From the NCBI GenBank assembly GCA_963827235.1, contig CAWHAE010000016.1, positions 832,001 through 896,000 on the forward strand: 64,000 nucleotides of DNA. The letters run 5' to 3'. Below, one piece after another: positions 9,341 to 19,995 of the stretch (position 1 is its first letter; every line of letters begins with the position of its first letter). This stretch comes from an uncultured bacterium. GTDB taxonomy: Bacteria > Chloroflexota > UBA5177 > JANWHV01. The translations under genes and the position numbers were made by a program. The notes below the pieces were generated by a model. That model made no database searches. It worked only from the letters and a program-made list of their open reading frames with translations, and was not told the DNA's origin.

Positions 9341-10471
9341 ATGACGCGGCGCGATCGGCTGCTGAACACGCTTGCCGGAAGGCCAGTGGATCGCCCGGCG
9401 TTCAATTTCTACGAGATCAACGGGCTGGATCAGGATCCTGCGGACGAATCACCATTCAACATCTACGCGGATCCGTCGTGGAAACCGCTGATCGAGATCG
9501 CGCGTGACAAGACCGATCGCATGCCGCTGCGCAATCTGCCCCTCGTGCCTGCGCCGGACTGTCCCCTGGAAGCAATCGCGAAGCGCGAGGAGCGTATCGA
9601 AGGCGGATCGCTCCTGGTCACGACCGCGATTCGCTGCGCCGACCGCGTGCTGACGTCGCGCACCCGGCGCGATCCAGACGTGGATACGATCTGGACTCTC
9701 GAGCATTTGCTGAAAGACGCCGACGACCTCCGCGCCTACCTGGCGCTCCCGCTGCCCCGTTATCAGGATCTCGACCTTACGTCGATCCTGTCGGCGGAGC
9801 GGGCCCTGGGCGATACGGGGCTGGTCCTCATCAACCTGGACGATCCGCTCTGCCGCAGCGCCGAGCTCTTCAGCATGGCCGACTACCTGGTCACCGCCTT
9901 CTCAGAACCGGGCCTCTTCTGCCGGCTCCTTGAGCGCTTCGCCCAGATCCTCACTCCACGGGTGGAGGCGGCCTCCCGGGCGCTGCCCGGCAGGGCGTGG
10001 CGCGTTGTTGGGGCCGAATACGCTGGCGCGCCTTACCTGCCGCCCAGACTCTTCAAGCAGTTCCTGACCGCGTTCACCGGGCCTCTCGTTTCCTGTATTC
10101 AGCGCTACGGTGGATTCGCGCGTGTCCATTGCCACGGCAAATTGCAGGGCATACTGGCCCACATCGTCGACACCGGGTGTACCGGTCTCGATCCGATCGA
10201 GCCGCCACCGCAGGGCGACGTGACGCTGGCGCATGTCCGGTCGCGCTACGGCGAGCAGCTGGTGCTGTATGGCAACCTGGAAGCCAACGATATCGAGTTG
10301 CTGGATGCGCCCGACTTCGCGGAGAAAGTCAAGCGGGCCCTCGACGAAGGGACGAGGGGTACGGGACGCGGATTCGTGCTCATGCCATCCGCGAGTCCCT
10401 ACGGGCGCTGCCTTACGCCGCGCGCGCTGCGCAACTACGAGACTATGGTCGAGATCGTGGAACGGATGTGA
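9341..10471 (+). CDS. URO-D family protein (divergent paralog)
   Basis: MTRRDRLLNTLAGRPVDR N-terminus; VHCHG; LDPIEPPPQGD; LYGNLE; GFVLMPSASP. Confidence 0.8.
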   Translation: MTRRDRLLNTLAGRPVDRPAFNFYEINGLDQDPADESPFNIYADPSWKPLIEIARDKTDRMPLRNLPLVPAPDCPLEAIAKREERIEGGSLLVTTAIRCADRVLTSRTRRDPDVDTIWTLEHLLKDADDLRAYLALPLPRYQDLDLTSILSAERALGDTGLVLINLDDPLCRSAELFSMADYLVTAFSEPGLFCRLLERFAQILTPRVEAASRALPGRAWRVVGAEYAGAPYLPPRLFKQFLTAFTGPLVSCIQRYGGFARVHCHGKLQGILAHIVDTGCTGLDPIEPPPQGDVTLAHVRSRYGEQLVLYGNLEANDIELLDAPDFAEKVKRALDEGTRGTGRGFVLMPSASPYGRCLTPRALRNYETMVEIVERM

Positions 10472-10572
10472 CCGCCGGAGTCGAGACACGTACCGGAGAC
10501 AGCGGCTGCCCGGACCCGGGTATTCGCGGACCGGCTGCCCGCGCGTGAATTCATCTCTTGAGGGAGGGCTAC

Positions 10573-11502
10573 ATGCGAAGAACTAGCAAGGTTGCCGAGG
10601 GCTGGTGGGACTACACGACGCTCGATGACGAGCTGCTCGCCGACGCGGGCCGACTTTCAGCCGCCGACCTGGAACAGCTTTCACGGCCCGGCTTTCACGT
10701 CACAATGTATGACACGCTGGAATCGTTCTATCTCGCGGAGGCGCTCGAATACGTGTCTGCGTGGCGCACGGCATCTTCCGGCGCGCCTGCCGGCATATGC
10801 GGCCCGATCGGTCCCACCGAACAGCTGCCGCTCGTCGCACAGATCGTGAACGAGCTGGAGATCGACGTGCGGAACGGTCACTTCTGGGCCATGGACGAGT
10901 GGTACGTGGACGACAAAGCGGTCGACATCACCCACCCATTGAGCTTCGCGCGCGCCGACCTCGAGCTGTGCTTCGATCGCATCGACAAGAGATTACGTAT
11001 GCCCGACGATCATCTTCACTTCCTTACTGCCGACAATCTGGCCGAGTACACGAGGTCCTACGACGAGGCGCAATGCCTGGTCATGCAGGGCGGCCAGGGA
11101 GAAGTGAAGCACTGGGCCTTCAATGACCCGGTCCAGCGGCAAGGGCTCTGGAGAGACGAGCCGCCGTCACCGGCGGAGTACAGGAAGCTCTCCGCCCGGG
11201 TAGTGACCCTACACCCCATGACCATTATTCAGAACGCCCGCACGTCCGGAGGCGGTGTCGTCTCGAACGTGCCCTCGCAGGCGCTCTCGGTCGGCCCCGT
11301 GGAGACCTGGAAGTCGGAGAAAGTCTCCATCTGGCACGCCGGGATGCACGACAATCCCTTCGGCTTGCGCCTGACGGCGCTTATGATCTCCAAGCACCTG
11401 CCGGACTCTGCCGTGCCGATGTCGCTGCTCGCCGACCATCCCGACGTGCAGTTCAGCTACTATCGACCGGGTATAGGGACCTGCGCGACCGAGATGCACT
11501 GA
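10573..11502 (+). CDS. Glucosamine-6-phosphate isomerase/deaminase-like protein (NagB superfamily)
   Basis: [47 protein letters not shown] resemble NagB-superfamily motifs. Confidence 0.75.
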   Translation: MRRTSKVAEGWWDYTTLDDELLADAGRLSAADLEQLSRPGFHVTMYDTLESFYLAEALEYVSAWRTASSGAPAGICGPIGPTEQLPLVAQIVNELEIDVRNGHFWAMDEWYVDDKAVDITHPLSFARADLELCFDRIDKRLRMPDDHLHFLTADNLAEYTRSYDEAQCLVMQGGQGEVKHWAFNDPVQRQGLWRDEPPSPAEYRKLSARVVTLHPMTIIQNARTSGGGVVSNVPSQALSVGPVETWKSEKVSIWHAGMHDNPFGLRLTALMISKHLPDSAVPMSLLADHPDVQFSYYRPGIGTCATEMH

Positions 11503-11566
11503 CGAGTTGCCGGCGCGAGCAGGGATGCTGAGAGATGTTGCCGGCACGAGTGGGGGGCCGTGGCCA

Positions 11567-12275
11567 GTGAATTCGCTGCCAAGTCCAGCCCGGGTGCTAG
11601 CGGTTGGCGCGCATCCGGATGACCTGGAGATACTGTGGGGGTACGCTCGCATGCTACGCGCGGAGCGGCGCGACGGTCGTGATGGCTATCGCGACGGACG
11701 GCGCAGCGGGTCACACGACGATTCCCCCAGATGAGCTGGCGAGGATCCGCCACGCCGAGGCGCAGCACTCGGCTGACACGATCGGCGCCGAGCTGCTCTG
11801 ACTGGGCTTCTCCGACGAGATGCTTTTCGAGGACATCGCTACGCGGCTACAGGTGGTAGATGCCATCCGCGTCGCCAAGCCGGACGTCATACTCACGCAC
11901 GACCCGGGAGACTATCACCCCGATCACCGGGTGGTCAGCCGGCTGGTGCTTGACGCCTCCTTTCTCTCCGGGTTGCCGCAAGTGCGCACGCAGCACGAGT
12001 GCCATCCGGCAGTACAGCCGCTGATCTACTTCGACACGCTGGCGGGAGCAGGCTTCGTACCCACGGAGTACGTAGACGTTACAGATACGTTCGCGGGGAA
12101 GCAGGCCGTGCTGCAATGCCATGCCGGCCAGTTCACCTGGATGAGCGAGCACGACGCCGTCGATCTGGTGGACCTCATCCAGGTCATGACTCGCGTACGC
12201 GGGCTGCAGTGTGGAGTCCGCCACGCGGAGGCCTTTCGCATAGAAGGGGCGGGGCCGTATCGTCTGCTTCCCTGA
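11567..12275 (+). pseudogene. PIG-L family deacetylase, disrupted
   Basis: AVGAHPDDLE, THDPGDYHPDH, HAEAF motifs. Frameshift at about 11635 and in-frame TGA at 11799-11801 (ELL*LGF, probably W). Confidence 0.85.
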
Positions 12276-12342
12276 CGAGCACGTTGGCTTGGATCGCCGA
12301 CCGGCCGGCTAACGGCCCGCCGAGGTAGCCGCCCGCCCGGGC

Positions 12343-13011
12343 TTAGCCGGGCCGGGCGGCGATTATATCGTGCCGAGCCGCCCACATGCCGAGATCCTGC
12401 TTCCGTATGGCCGCCGCCATCAGGTCTGGAAAGAGGTCGGGCGTGCAGGCGAAAACCGGAATGCCGAGCGCTGCCAGCGCCGCCGCGTGCTTCTGGTCAT
12501 ACGCCGGCGCGCCGCGGTCATCGAGGGCCAGCAGGCAGATCATGGTGACGCCGCGACCGGCCAGGGCGGCCGCTCGCCTGAGCATTTCCTCCGCGTTGCC
12601 GCCCTCGTAGAGGTCGGTGATCAGCACGAACACTGTCTTGTCGGGACGTATTACCAATCCCTCGCAATAGGCAAGAGCGCGATTGATGTCCGTGCCACCG
12701 CCCAGTTGTACGCCGAGCAGCAGATCGACGGGATCCTGCAGATCGTCGGTAAGGTCCACGACCGGGGTGTCGAACACGACCATGTGCATGCTTACGGCGC
12801 GTAGACTGGCCAGAACGGCGCCAAACACTCCCGCGTAGACCACGGAGGCAGCCATGGAACCGCTCTGATCCACGCAGAGCACGACGTCGCGCAACGAAGT
12901 CTTCTTACGGCCAAAGCCGACCAACCTCTCCGGGATGATCGTTCTCTGCTCCGCCTGGTAGTGCCGCAGGTTGGCCCGGATGGTGCGATCCCAGTCAATC
13001 TCGCTCTGGCG
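12343..13011 (-). pseudogene. VWA domain protein (YehP/CoxE-like), C-terminal half only
   Basis: IDWDRTIRANLRHYQ, CVDQSGSM (MIDAS), LGGGTDI, ITDLYEGG. N-terminus is missing at the junction near 13011. Confidence 0.85.
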
Positions 13012-13893
13012 GATGGCGTTTTCAGCTTCGTCTTGCCGTCGGCCGTGAGGCCTTCGCGCAGCTCGCGGAAGACGGCGACTGCGCGCCGGATCTCCTCCAG
13101 CGCAGGCGTCTCCGCCGGCAGATCCAGGGCGCGGCCCAAGGCAGTCGAACGCTGCTCCACGATCTGCACCTCCTGCTCGAAGGTTTCTGGCACAGGAAAA
13201 ACTACCGTGTTGAAGCGGCGCATCAGCGCACTCGACAATTCGTTCACACCCTTGTCGCGGTTATTGGCAGTAGCGACGACGTTGAAGCCCTTCCGCGCCT
13301 GCATCTCGGTATTCAGCTCCGGGATCGGCAGAGTCTTCTCGGAGAGAATGGTGATCAGCGTATCCTGGACCTCGGGCGAGATACGGGTGAGCTCCTCGAT
13401 GCGGCAGATCTTGCCCAGTTGCATGGCCTGCATCATTCGGGCTGACCACGAGCGCCGCTGGTGAGGGCCCTTCGGTGAGCAGCCTGGCGTAGTTCCAGCC
13501 GTAGCGGATTGCGTTCTCTTCCGTGCCAGCCGTGCCCTGAATGATCAGCGTGGACTGGCCGGAAACCGCGGCAGCGAGATGCTCGCTGACCCAGGACTTC
13601 GCCGTGCCGGGAATGCCGTACAGCAGCAACGCGCGGTCCGTGGCGAGAGTAGCCACGGCGCCCTGGATGAGGCGAGCGTTCCCGATGTATTTGGCGCTAA
13701 TCGAGCAGCCGTTTGGAAGGGTGCCGCCCAGCAGGTACGTGCAGACAGCCCAGGGCGAGAGTATCCAGTTGGGCGGCTTCGGTCGATCATCTTCCTCCGC
13801 CAGCGCCGCGAGCTCCTCGGCGAACTGCTGCTCGGCGTGCCGGCGCAATACGGCTTCTATAGCCGCGGATCCGAAAGTATCGGCAGTGTGCAT
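13012..13893 (-). pseudogene. MoxR-type AAA ATPase (YehL-like), frameshifted and truncated
   Basis: LRRHAEQQFAEEL, Walker A GIPGTAKS, IEELTR, ATANNRDKGVNELSSALMRRF. +1 frameshift at about 13437; homology ends at KLKTPS. Confidence 0.88.
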
Positions 13894-13921
13894 GGCGCTG
13901 ACTCCTCGTGCGAAGACGATT

Positions 13922-15614
13922 CTACGCGTCCGTTCCACCGGCCAATGTCCGCCGGATGTGACGGCGCAGTACGGCGATCTCGGACAATACGGCCAGGTCG
14001 CGGCTCCAGGGAGAACCTCTCAGATGGCCGGGCAGGTCCCATTGCCGCGGCACTCCGTCGAGGTTTTCGGGCGACAGGAGGGGCTCGGCCCGTGGGATAG
14101 TCTGCAGCACTGCGATCATCCAGGGCTCGCCGCCGTATCTCGCGCTTTCGGGGATGCGACCCGGCAACGTCTTCAGAAGCTGGATGAAAGCCCGACTGCA
14201 CCCTGGACCCCATTCCTCCGACTCTCCGGCTCTTGCTTCCAAAGCAAGCTCGACCGAAGCGGGATCGCCCGCGACGAGGAGCCGCCCGGTTTCCTCGTCC
14301 TGCAGCGCCGGCGACAGCGCGCGAAGCAACCTGGCGGCCAGCGCACGCGCGGCCCTCGCGTCACCGGTGCCTCGAGCAAGGTCGATCCAGCGGCGCAGCA
14401 ACAAGCCGATCCATGACTGGTCCTCATGTAGGATCGCCGCCTCGGACCAAGCCTCGAACAGATCCCGGCCCCACGCGCTGGCCTGCGCAGCGGCGAGGAG
14501 GATTTCAGGCGTAGCGGCAAATCGCTCGGGCCAGTGCGAGGGCGGCACTCGCGAGAGCAGGCGCGAAAGAAGCCAGGATCCCCTGCCCTTCGTCTCCACG
14601 TTTTTCGGCGGGTCGCCGATGCCGAGCTCTGCCCAATCGACGCCGTTGACGGTGGGGACCTTGACGTCGAGCGTGCCCTGCCCGCGGCCTTCGCCCAGCA
14701 TGCGCATGAGTCCATGGCGTCGACCAACCGGCACCTGCAAGTCGAGACAGGTATCGGCGGCGGCGATCACTCGCGCCTGCAGGCCTGAGCCCGGCAGCCG
14801 CAGGAGAAGCGTGGCGGCCTGTTCACGCACTTTCTCCGCTCGAATCGCGCAAAGCCTGCTCCAGGAACGGCTCGTCGACCGCGGTCAGGCCGGTGGCGAG
14901 ACCGCTCAGCAGATCGCGGCGGCTATCCGGCTTCTCACCCTTCCAAGAATCGGCGAGCCATTGCCGCGCGGTGTCCGGCGCCACGGCGCGCAGTAGCCCG
15001 AGCAGAGTCCGGCGCTGGGCCGGTGTGCCTTCCTGCCAGAAGCGCTCCGCGGAGTCCGCGTCGTCCGGCGGGAATCCGGACGGCGTATCCGCCGCCCACC
15101 CCCAGCGCGGATTGAGCTTTGCCAGCCAGCGCCCGCGCTCGCCGAGGATCGGCGGCAGAGCTGCTCGTGCCGGCACCGCCGTGAGGTCCAGCGCCGGCGG
15201 CAAGAGGGCGTGCGGCAGACGGCGGCCGTTTGCCTCCACCAGCCGGAACGCCTCAGGCAGAAGCGCGACGAGCTCGGCAGGAGAGAGGACGGCGCGGTTC
15301 CCGGCGCTCGACCACGACCACTCCGCAATCGGTTGCCGGCCATGCAGCAGATCGGCGAGGAGATCGCTGCCGCGGCGGCCTAGCTCAGGCCGTGTTTCGG
15401 GCGGACATATCGGCAGCCTCACCCCGCAGGTCTCCGGCAGCATGCCGGCACGGCGATACACGCCGGCTGCGCCGGCAGCCAGAAGGAGTGCCTGCTCCGG
15501 GCTGCGGTCCGCTCGAGCGTCCAGCAGCGCGTCCAGTGGGGAGCCGGTGGACCGGAGTGGGCGCGGCTCCCTGGCGGTACCGACGAGCGCGGCAGCGACG
15601 AGCGCATCGATCAT
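13922..15614 (-). pseudogene. DUF5691-like helical protein, frameshifted
   Basis: LVAAALVGT, LGERGRWLAKLNPRW, DEPFLEQALRD. +1 frameshift at about 14837; ATGA overlap with the upstream SWIM gene. Confidence 0.75.
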
Positions 15615-16930
15615 GACGCGCTCGCGGTGAGTACGTAGTGCTCGGCGTCGGCAACAGCGAGCGGCCGAAGCACGCCGTCGCGCCACTCACCAACGACGGT
15701 CAATGTATGCCCACCCGAGACAGCGAGCAGGGACCAAGGCTCGCCGGCGGGAAGCGGCAGCGCCGAGCGTGTGCCGTCCACCACCTGCCAGGTGCCGCCG
15801 CTCGCAGGCACGGGGACGACGTCGCACAGGACCACCGGCAGGCCGTCGAGCCAGGGCTGCCTGGCCAGGGCATGGGCAGCTTGCTCCAGAAAAGCGTCCA
15901 CTCCGGTGCCAGGTGGCCTGTGCAACAGCGACTTTGTCGGGCCGAGACGTTGGCGCATGAGAGCGCGCAAGGGATGACTGCTCGGCCAGAAGGCCAACGA
16001 GGCATCGAGCTCCGTGCCGGGCACGAGCGGAACGACGAATGCGGCACCGGCGGCTGCGAACTGCAGCACGAACGCGGGACGCCCAGTCTGTAAACCACAT
16101 AGCCAGGTGCGCTGCACGCGCAGTCGATCCTCGTGCTCTACCCACTGGCCGAGCACCAGCCAGGTATCGGGCACGAGGTCGCCGTGAGCGACGACCTCGT
16201 CTTCCTTCAGCGTCCAGCCAATCAAGCTGCGCACGTCGGCCTGCAGGGCCGGATCGAGCGTATCCAGCCGGCGGAATGCTTCGATCAGCATGGCCAGGCT
16301 ACCCAGGGCGCAGAGCAGCCGCTCGGGCCACCGCGAAGTGGAACCGGGAATGAAAGCGAGCCGCCGCACACGTGCCGCCAGACCCGGCGCCTGGCTGTCC
16401 ACGAGGCGGGCAGCCGGCTTCTCCCAGAACGCGGCCTTCTGCAGCTCGATGCCGGCCAGCCCAGTGCGAATCAGATCCTGAAGCCAGAGATCCAGACGGT
16501 CGATTCCCTGCTGCACGAGCGTGGCGCGCTTTTCGCGGCGCTTGTTCTGCCGGGCCTGTTGGTCCGAGGTCGCCAGCGCAGATACGGACGCCGCCCTCGG
16601 AGCGGCTCTCGCCGCCCGTTTGGCCAGCCATTCGACCACCCACTGAGGCATGGCAGCTTCGGCGAACGCGCCGGGTTCCTTCGCCGCCTAGAGGAGCAGG
16701 GCCAAGCTGTGCTTGCAGGGCAGCTTGCGGCTCGGACAGCTGCACACTGATGCCAGGCCTTGCCCATCGACGCGCACCTGGTAGAGCGCGCTTCCCTGGC
16801 ACTCGCCCCAAAGCGCCTCAGCGCTCCGCCCCAGGCTCCTCCACGGGCCCGGCGATGCCAGCTTGTGTGCGGCGACGACGGCTGCAGCATCCGGTACCAG
16901 GGCAAGAATCCGATCCTTGTCGAGATCCGT
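15611..16930 (-). pseudogene. SWIM zinc-finger protein, disrupted
   Basis: ILALVPD...LWGECQGSALYQV...CSCPSRKLPCKH (SWIM CxC..CxH). In-frame TAG at 16690-16688; apparent start codon reads ACG after an AAAGGA RBS. Confidence 0.82.
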
Positions 16931-17153
16931 TGCTCGCGTCCTTTCGCCGTGTTGCTCTCCGACATTGTCCAGTCATCCGCCGGTCACGGCAATAGGCCAG
17001 TGACGAAAACACGCGCTTTCGCGGCGGCCATACTGTTGGCAACCCATATGAGTCTCGCGCCCGGACGCGCCGGCGCTATCTCGTCGCCGTGAAACGGCGG
17101 ATCGTCGAGCCCACATCTCTCAGATCCGCTGTTGCGGTGGTGACAAACGCCGC

Positions 17154-18593
17154 TCAGGCCACCGACGGCGGCACGGACTCGGGAGACTGGGCGGCGCTTG
17201 CTTCGCGCCCGAGGACGGCGGTGTCCGCTGCGCCGGTCTGCGCCTGCGTCTGGGACCCTTGCCACGCCGGCAGGCGAAGGCAGAACGTGCTTCCGCCGGA
17301 TCCGGTTGATTCCAGGCAGAGCGTGCCTCCCATGGCTTCCGCGTACGCTCTCCCGAGATACAAGCCCAACCCGGTGCCTACTCTGCCGGCGCGCATCCGG
17401 CTGCCGGGCACGCGACCAAACCGGGTGAACAGCACATCCCGGCTTGAGTCCGGAATGCCCGGACCCAGGTCCAGCACTCGTATGGCCAGGTGCCCCTGGT
17501 CTTCGCTCCAGGAAACGCGAATGGGACTTCCGTCGGGTGAGTATTTGGCCGCGTTGTCGAGCACATTCGTGAGTACCTGCTCGGCCCGCAACACATCGGC
17601 AAGCACATACGCCTCGCTCGGGCCGTCGGTCTCGATCACCTGATCGTGATAGCTGCTCCTGACCAGCTCCGCGGTTCGCGCGATCAGGGCAGTCACCTGG
17701 ATCGGCTCCGGCCGGAGCGCGAGATCGCTCGACTCGAGCCGGCTGACACGAAGGAGATCCTCGATCAGACGGTGCTGGCGGCTGGCGGCGTTGACGATTC
17801 GATCCAGGTGATGCTTCCGACGTGGCTCATCCAGAGAGTCCCAATACATCTGCATCAGCTCCGCGTAACCCATTATCGAGGCTAACGGCGTGCGCAGCTC
17901 GTGGCTTACCGCGGACACGAAATCGCTTTGCAGAGCGGCCAGCTGCTCAGCTGCTTGCGCCTGTTCGCGCAACGCCAACTCCGTCTGCTTGCCGGCAGCC
18001 AGCTCGTGGGCAGTGACGGCGAGGCGTTGGGCTGCCCAGGCAAGCGTCTCACAGACAAGCACGCAGATGGCGGCTACATAGAGCACCGAGCTGGCCGCCT
18101 CGGCAGACCAGTGGCCCGTAGCCCAGAGCGGCAGCAAGTAGGCCGCCACCAGAAGCGGCAGCAGATACAGAGAAGCACCCCGGGGCTGAGAGATGCCGAC
18201 CCACACGAAGATGATGACGAAGAAGACGCCGTAGCGATAGGCGTCAACACCCCCAAGGTCGTTGTGCATCCCGATCATGGCGAAGCCGGGCACGGTTGCC
18301 CACAGGACGCCGCCGTGGCCAAGGCGCTGCCAGGGCACCGCGCCCCCAAGCAGGCCGAGCAGGATGGCCGCTACGCCGACGAGAATGACCCCGGCTCTGT
18401 TCATTGCGGCCGGCTCCGGAAGCAGCGTGCTCCCTATGGTCACCACGCCGGTAGCCACATACATGACGGCCCCGAGGCGGATCGACTCCTCCAGGGAGAG
18501 AAGCCCCTCCATACGACTCTCGGTCGCCGGCACCGCGCGCACCACACGGGGAACCAGTTTCGCTCGCCACGGACGAACGAGCCGCGCCCGCAC
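17154..18593 (-). CDS. Membrane sensor histidine kinase (orphan)
   Basis: About 6 TM segments; VSHELRTPL H-box, NVLDNAAKYS, DLGPGI, GTGLGL. Start may be ATG 18512. Confidence 0.92.
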   Translation of the reverse strand: MRARLVRPWRAKLVPRVVRAVPATESRMEGLLSLEESIRLGAVMYVATGVVTIGSTLLPEPAAMNRAGVILVGVAAILLGLLGGAVPWQRLGHGGVLWATVPGFAMIGMHNDLGGVDAYRYGVFFVIIFVWVGISQPRGASLYLLPLLVAAYLLPLWATGHWSAEAASSVLYVAAICVLVCETLAWAAQRLAVTAHELAAGKQTELALREQAQAAEQLAALQSDFVSAVSHELRTPLASIMGYAELMQMYWDSLDEPRRKHHLDRIVNAASRQHRLIEDLLRVSRLESSDLALRPEPIQVTALIARTAELVRSSYHDQVIETDGPSEAYVLADVLRAEQVLTNVLDNAAKYSPDGSPIRVSWSEDQGHLAIRVLDLGPGIPDSSRDVLFTRFGRVPGSRMRAGRVGTGLGLYLGRAYAEAMGGTLCLESTGSGGSTFCLRLPAWQGSQTQAQTGAADTAVLGREASAAQSPESVPPSVA

Positions 18594-18704
18594 TGTCGCT
18601 CTGCGCTCTCTACTCTCGATGCCACGGAGGTCGCACCTGCCGTGCGGCCTGCCAACGGATATCAGTATATCGGTGACGAAAGAACTGGGACCGCGATCCC
18701 GCAG

Positions 18705-19196
18705 TCACTCCCGCTGAGCCTGCCGAGTCCCTCTCGTCAACGCGGCGATGCCCGCATCCAGGTGCCGAAGCAAGTCGTCCAGATCGGCGTACTTCTCCAT
18801 GCCTTCCCACACGATGCCGCCCTCGACAAGGGCGCGTGCCAGAGAACGATTATGCTCGCAGGGTCCCAGCTCGACCCGGCCGCCATCCACGATCCAGCGG
18901 GCTACATGCGGGTACATCTCCTCGGCAGATCGCTTTGCCTGTCGCGGCGTGTTGCTCCCACCGAGTTCCGGAATGGCACTCGACGCAAGCAGCACCCGTA
19001 TTGAACGGGCTTGACCCGGCGTACGGCGAATCAGGCCACGCTGCTCCAGTGTGACGACCATTTGATGCGCCGACGGGACGGAGACCATGAAGTGGCCTGC
19101 GATGTCCGATTCTGCCGGCGCAATGCCGTATCGCACGGCGTAGGCCTGTATGAACGCGAGGTACTGGCCCTGTCGAGTCGTATAAGGTAGGACCAC
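18705..19196 (-). CDS. LexA-like winged-helix DNA-binding protein with an extra C-terminal domain
   Basis: YTTRQGQYLAFI...APAESDIAGHF...SAHQMVVTLEQRGLIRRTPGQARSI; AGGAGGAGG RBS; no S24 peptidase domain. Confidence 0.75.
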   Translation of the reverse strand: MVLPYTTRQGQYLAFIQAYAVRYGIAPAESDIAGHFMVSVPSAHQMVVTLEQRGLIRRTPGQARSIRVLLASSAIPELGGSNTPRQAKRSAEEMYPHVARWIVDGGRVELGPCEHNRSLARALVEGGIVWEGMEKYADLDDLLRHLDAGIAALTRGTRQAQRE

Positions 19197-19344
19197 TCCG
19201 TTTCGCCTCCTCCTGTTGTCAGCGTATGGTCGCAGAGCAGTACGATTCAAGGTGTGAGCTCCTAACTGTCCGCGCCCAGCATGTTGGCATCCTGCCGCGC
19301 CGGAATCGAGCAGCCCTGGAGCAACGGCAGCCGGCGTGCGCGTC

Positions 19345-19995
19345 TCAATGCAGCGTGCACGGGCTGTGAATCGTCGTGCCCCAGCCAGGGGCGGCCACGT
19401 CACTCGGCGCGGCTCCCGGCCGTGCCACCCCGGCGTTGCGCAACGCGGTGTAGGCATAGGTGTTCGTGTTTGGCCCCCAGACGCTGTAGCGCACCGCGTG
19501 CGCGGCGAAACAGCGGGCTGTCTGCGCGAAGCTTGCGCGCAGATGCTCGACGCTGGTGCCCGAGTGCAAGGCGAGGCTGAAGTCTTGCCAGGAGCACGAG
19601 CCCCAGGGTGGCAAGAAGTAGGGCGGCTCATGGCAATCCTGGCGGGCGGCAGCCAACAGCTCGGTACTGGCGGTGACCGCGTGTGGCGCCCTGGGAGCGA
19701 TGAGCGAGGGGCTGCCGATCAAGTCTCGACTGCCGCCGCCAAGTCCCTCCGTCTTGAAAGCACCACCGGCGACTCGCAGGTTGTCTGGACTGAAGAACAA
19801 GATGAAGGCGTGATGGAAGAATCCCGCAGTTTGGTCCACCGGGATGAACACCACGATGATGGTCGCTCCTGCCGCTCGCGCGCCCGTGGCGAGCGTTGGC
19901 GGCTCGTACCGGGTCGACGGATGAGTGCTCAAAGCCCATGTCGCGGCCGCTAGGACCAGTACGACAAACAGCAAACCACGGATCATGCGATACAT
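19345..19995 (-). CDS. Secreted or membrane-anchored hypothetical protein, possible permuted papain-like fold
   Basis: Hydrophobic N-terminus; HAFI ... YSVWGPNTNT ... APGW; AAGGGGAG RBS. Confidence 0.6.
   Translation of the reverse strand: MYRMIRGLLFVVLVLAAATWALSTHPSTRYEPPTLATGARAAGATIIVVFIPVDQTAGFFHHAFILFFSPDNLRVAGGAFKTEGLGGGSRDLIGSPSLIAPRAPHAVTASTELLAAARQDCHEPPYFLPPWGSCSWQDFSLALHSGTSVEHLRASFAQTARCFAAHAVRYSVWGPNTNTYAYTALRNAGVARPGAAPSDVAAPGWGTTIHSPCTLH

Noticed and set aside
11799-11801. In-frame TGA in the PIG-L gene as selenocysteine or recoding
   Set aside because: The position fits Trp rather than Cys, the gene also has a frameshift, and TGA is used as a normal stop throughout the window.
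16688-16690. In-frame TAG in the SWIM gene as pyrrolysine or readthrough
   Set aside because: All neighbouring operon genes are also broken, and TAG ends many intact genes here.
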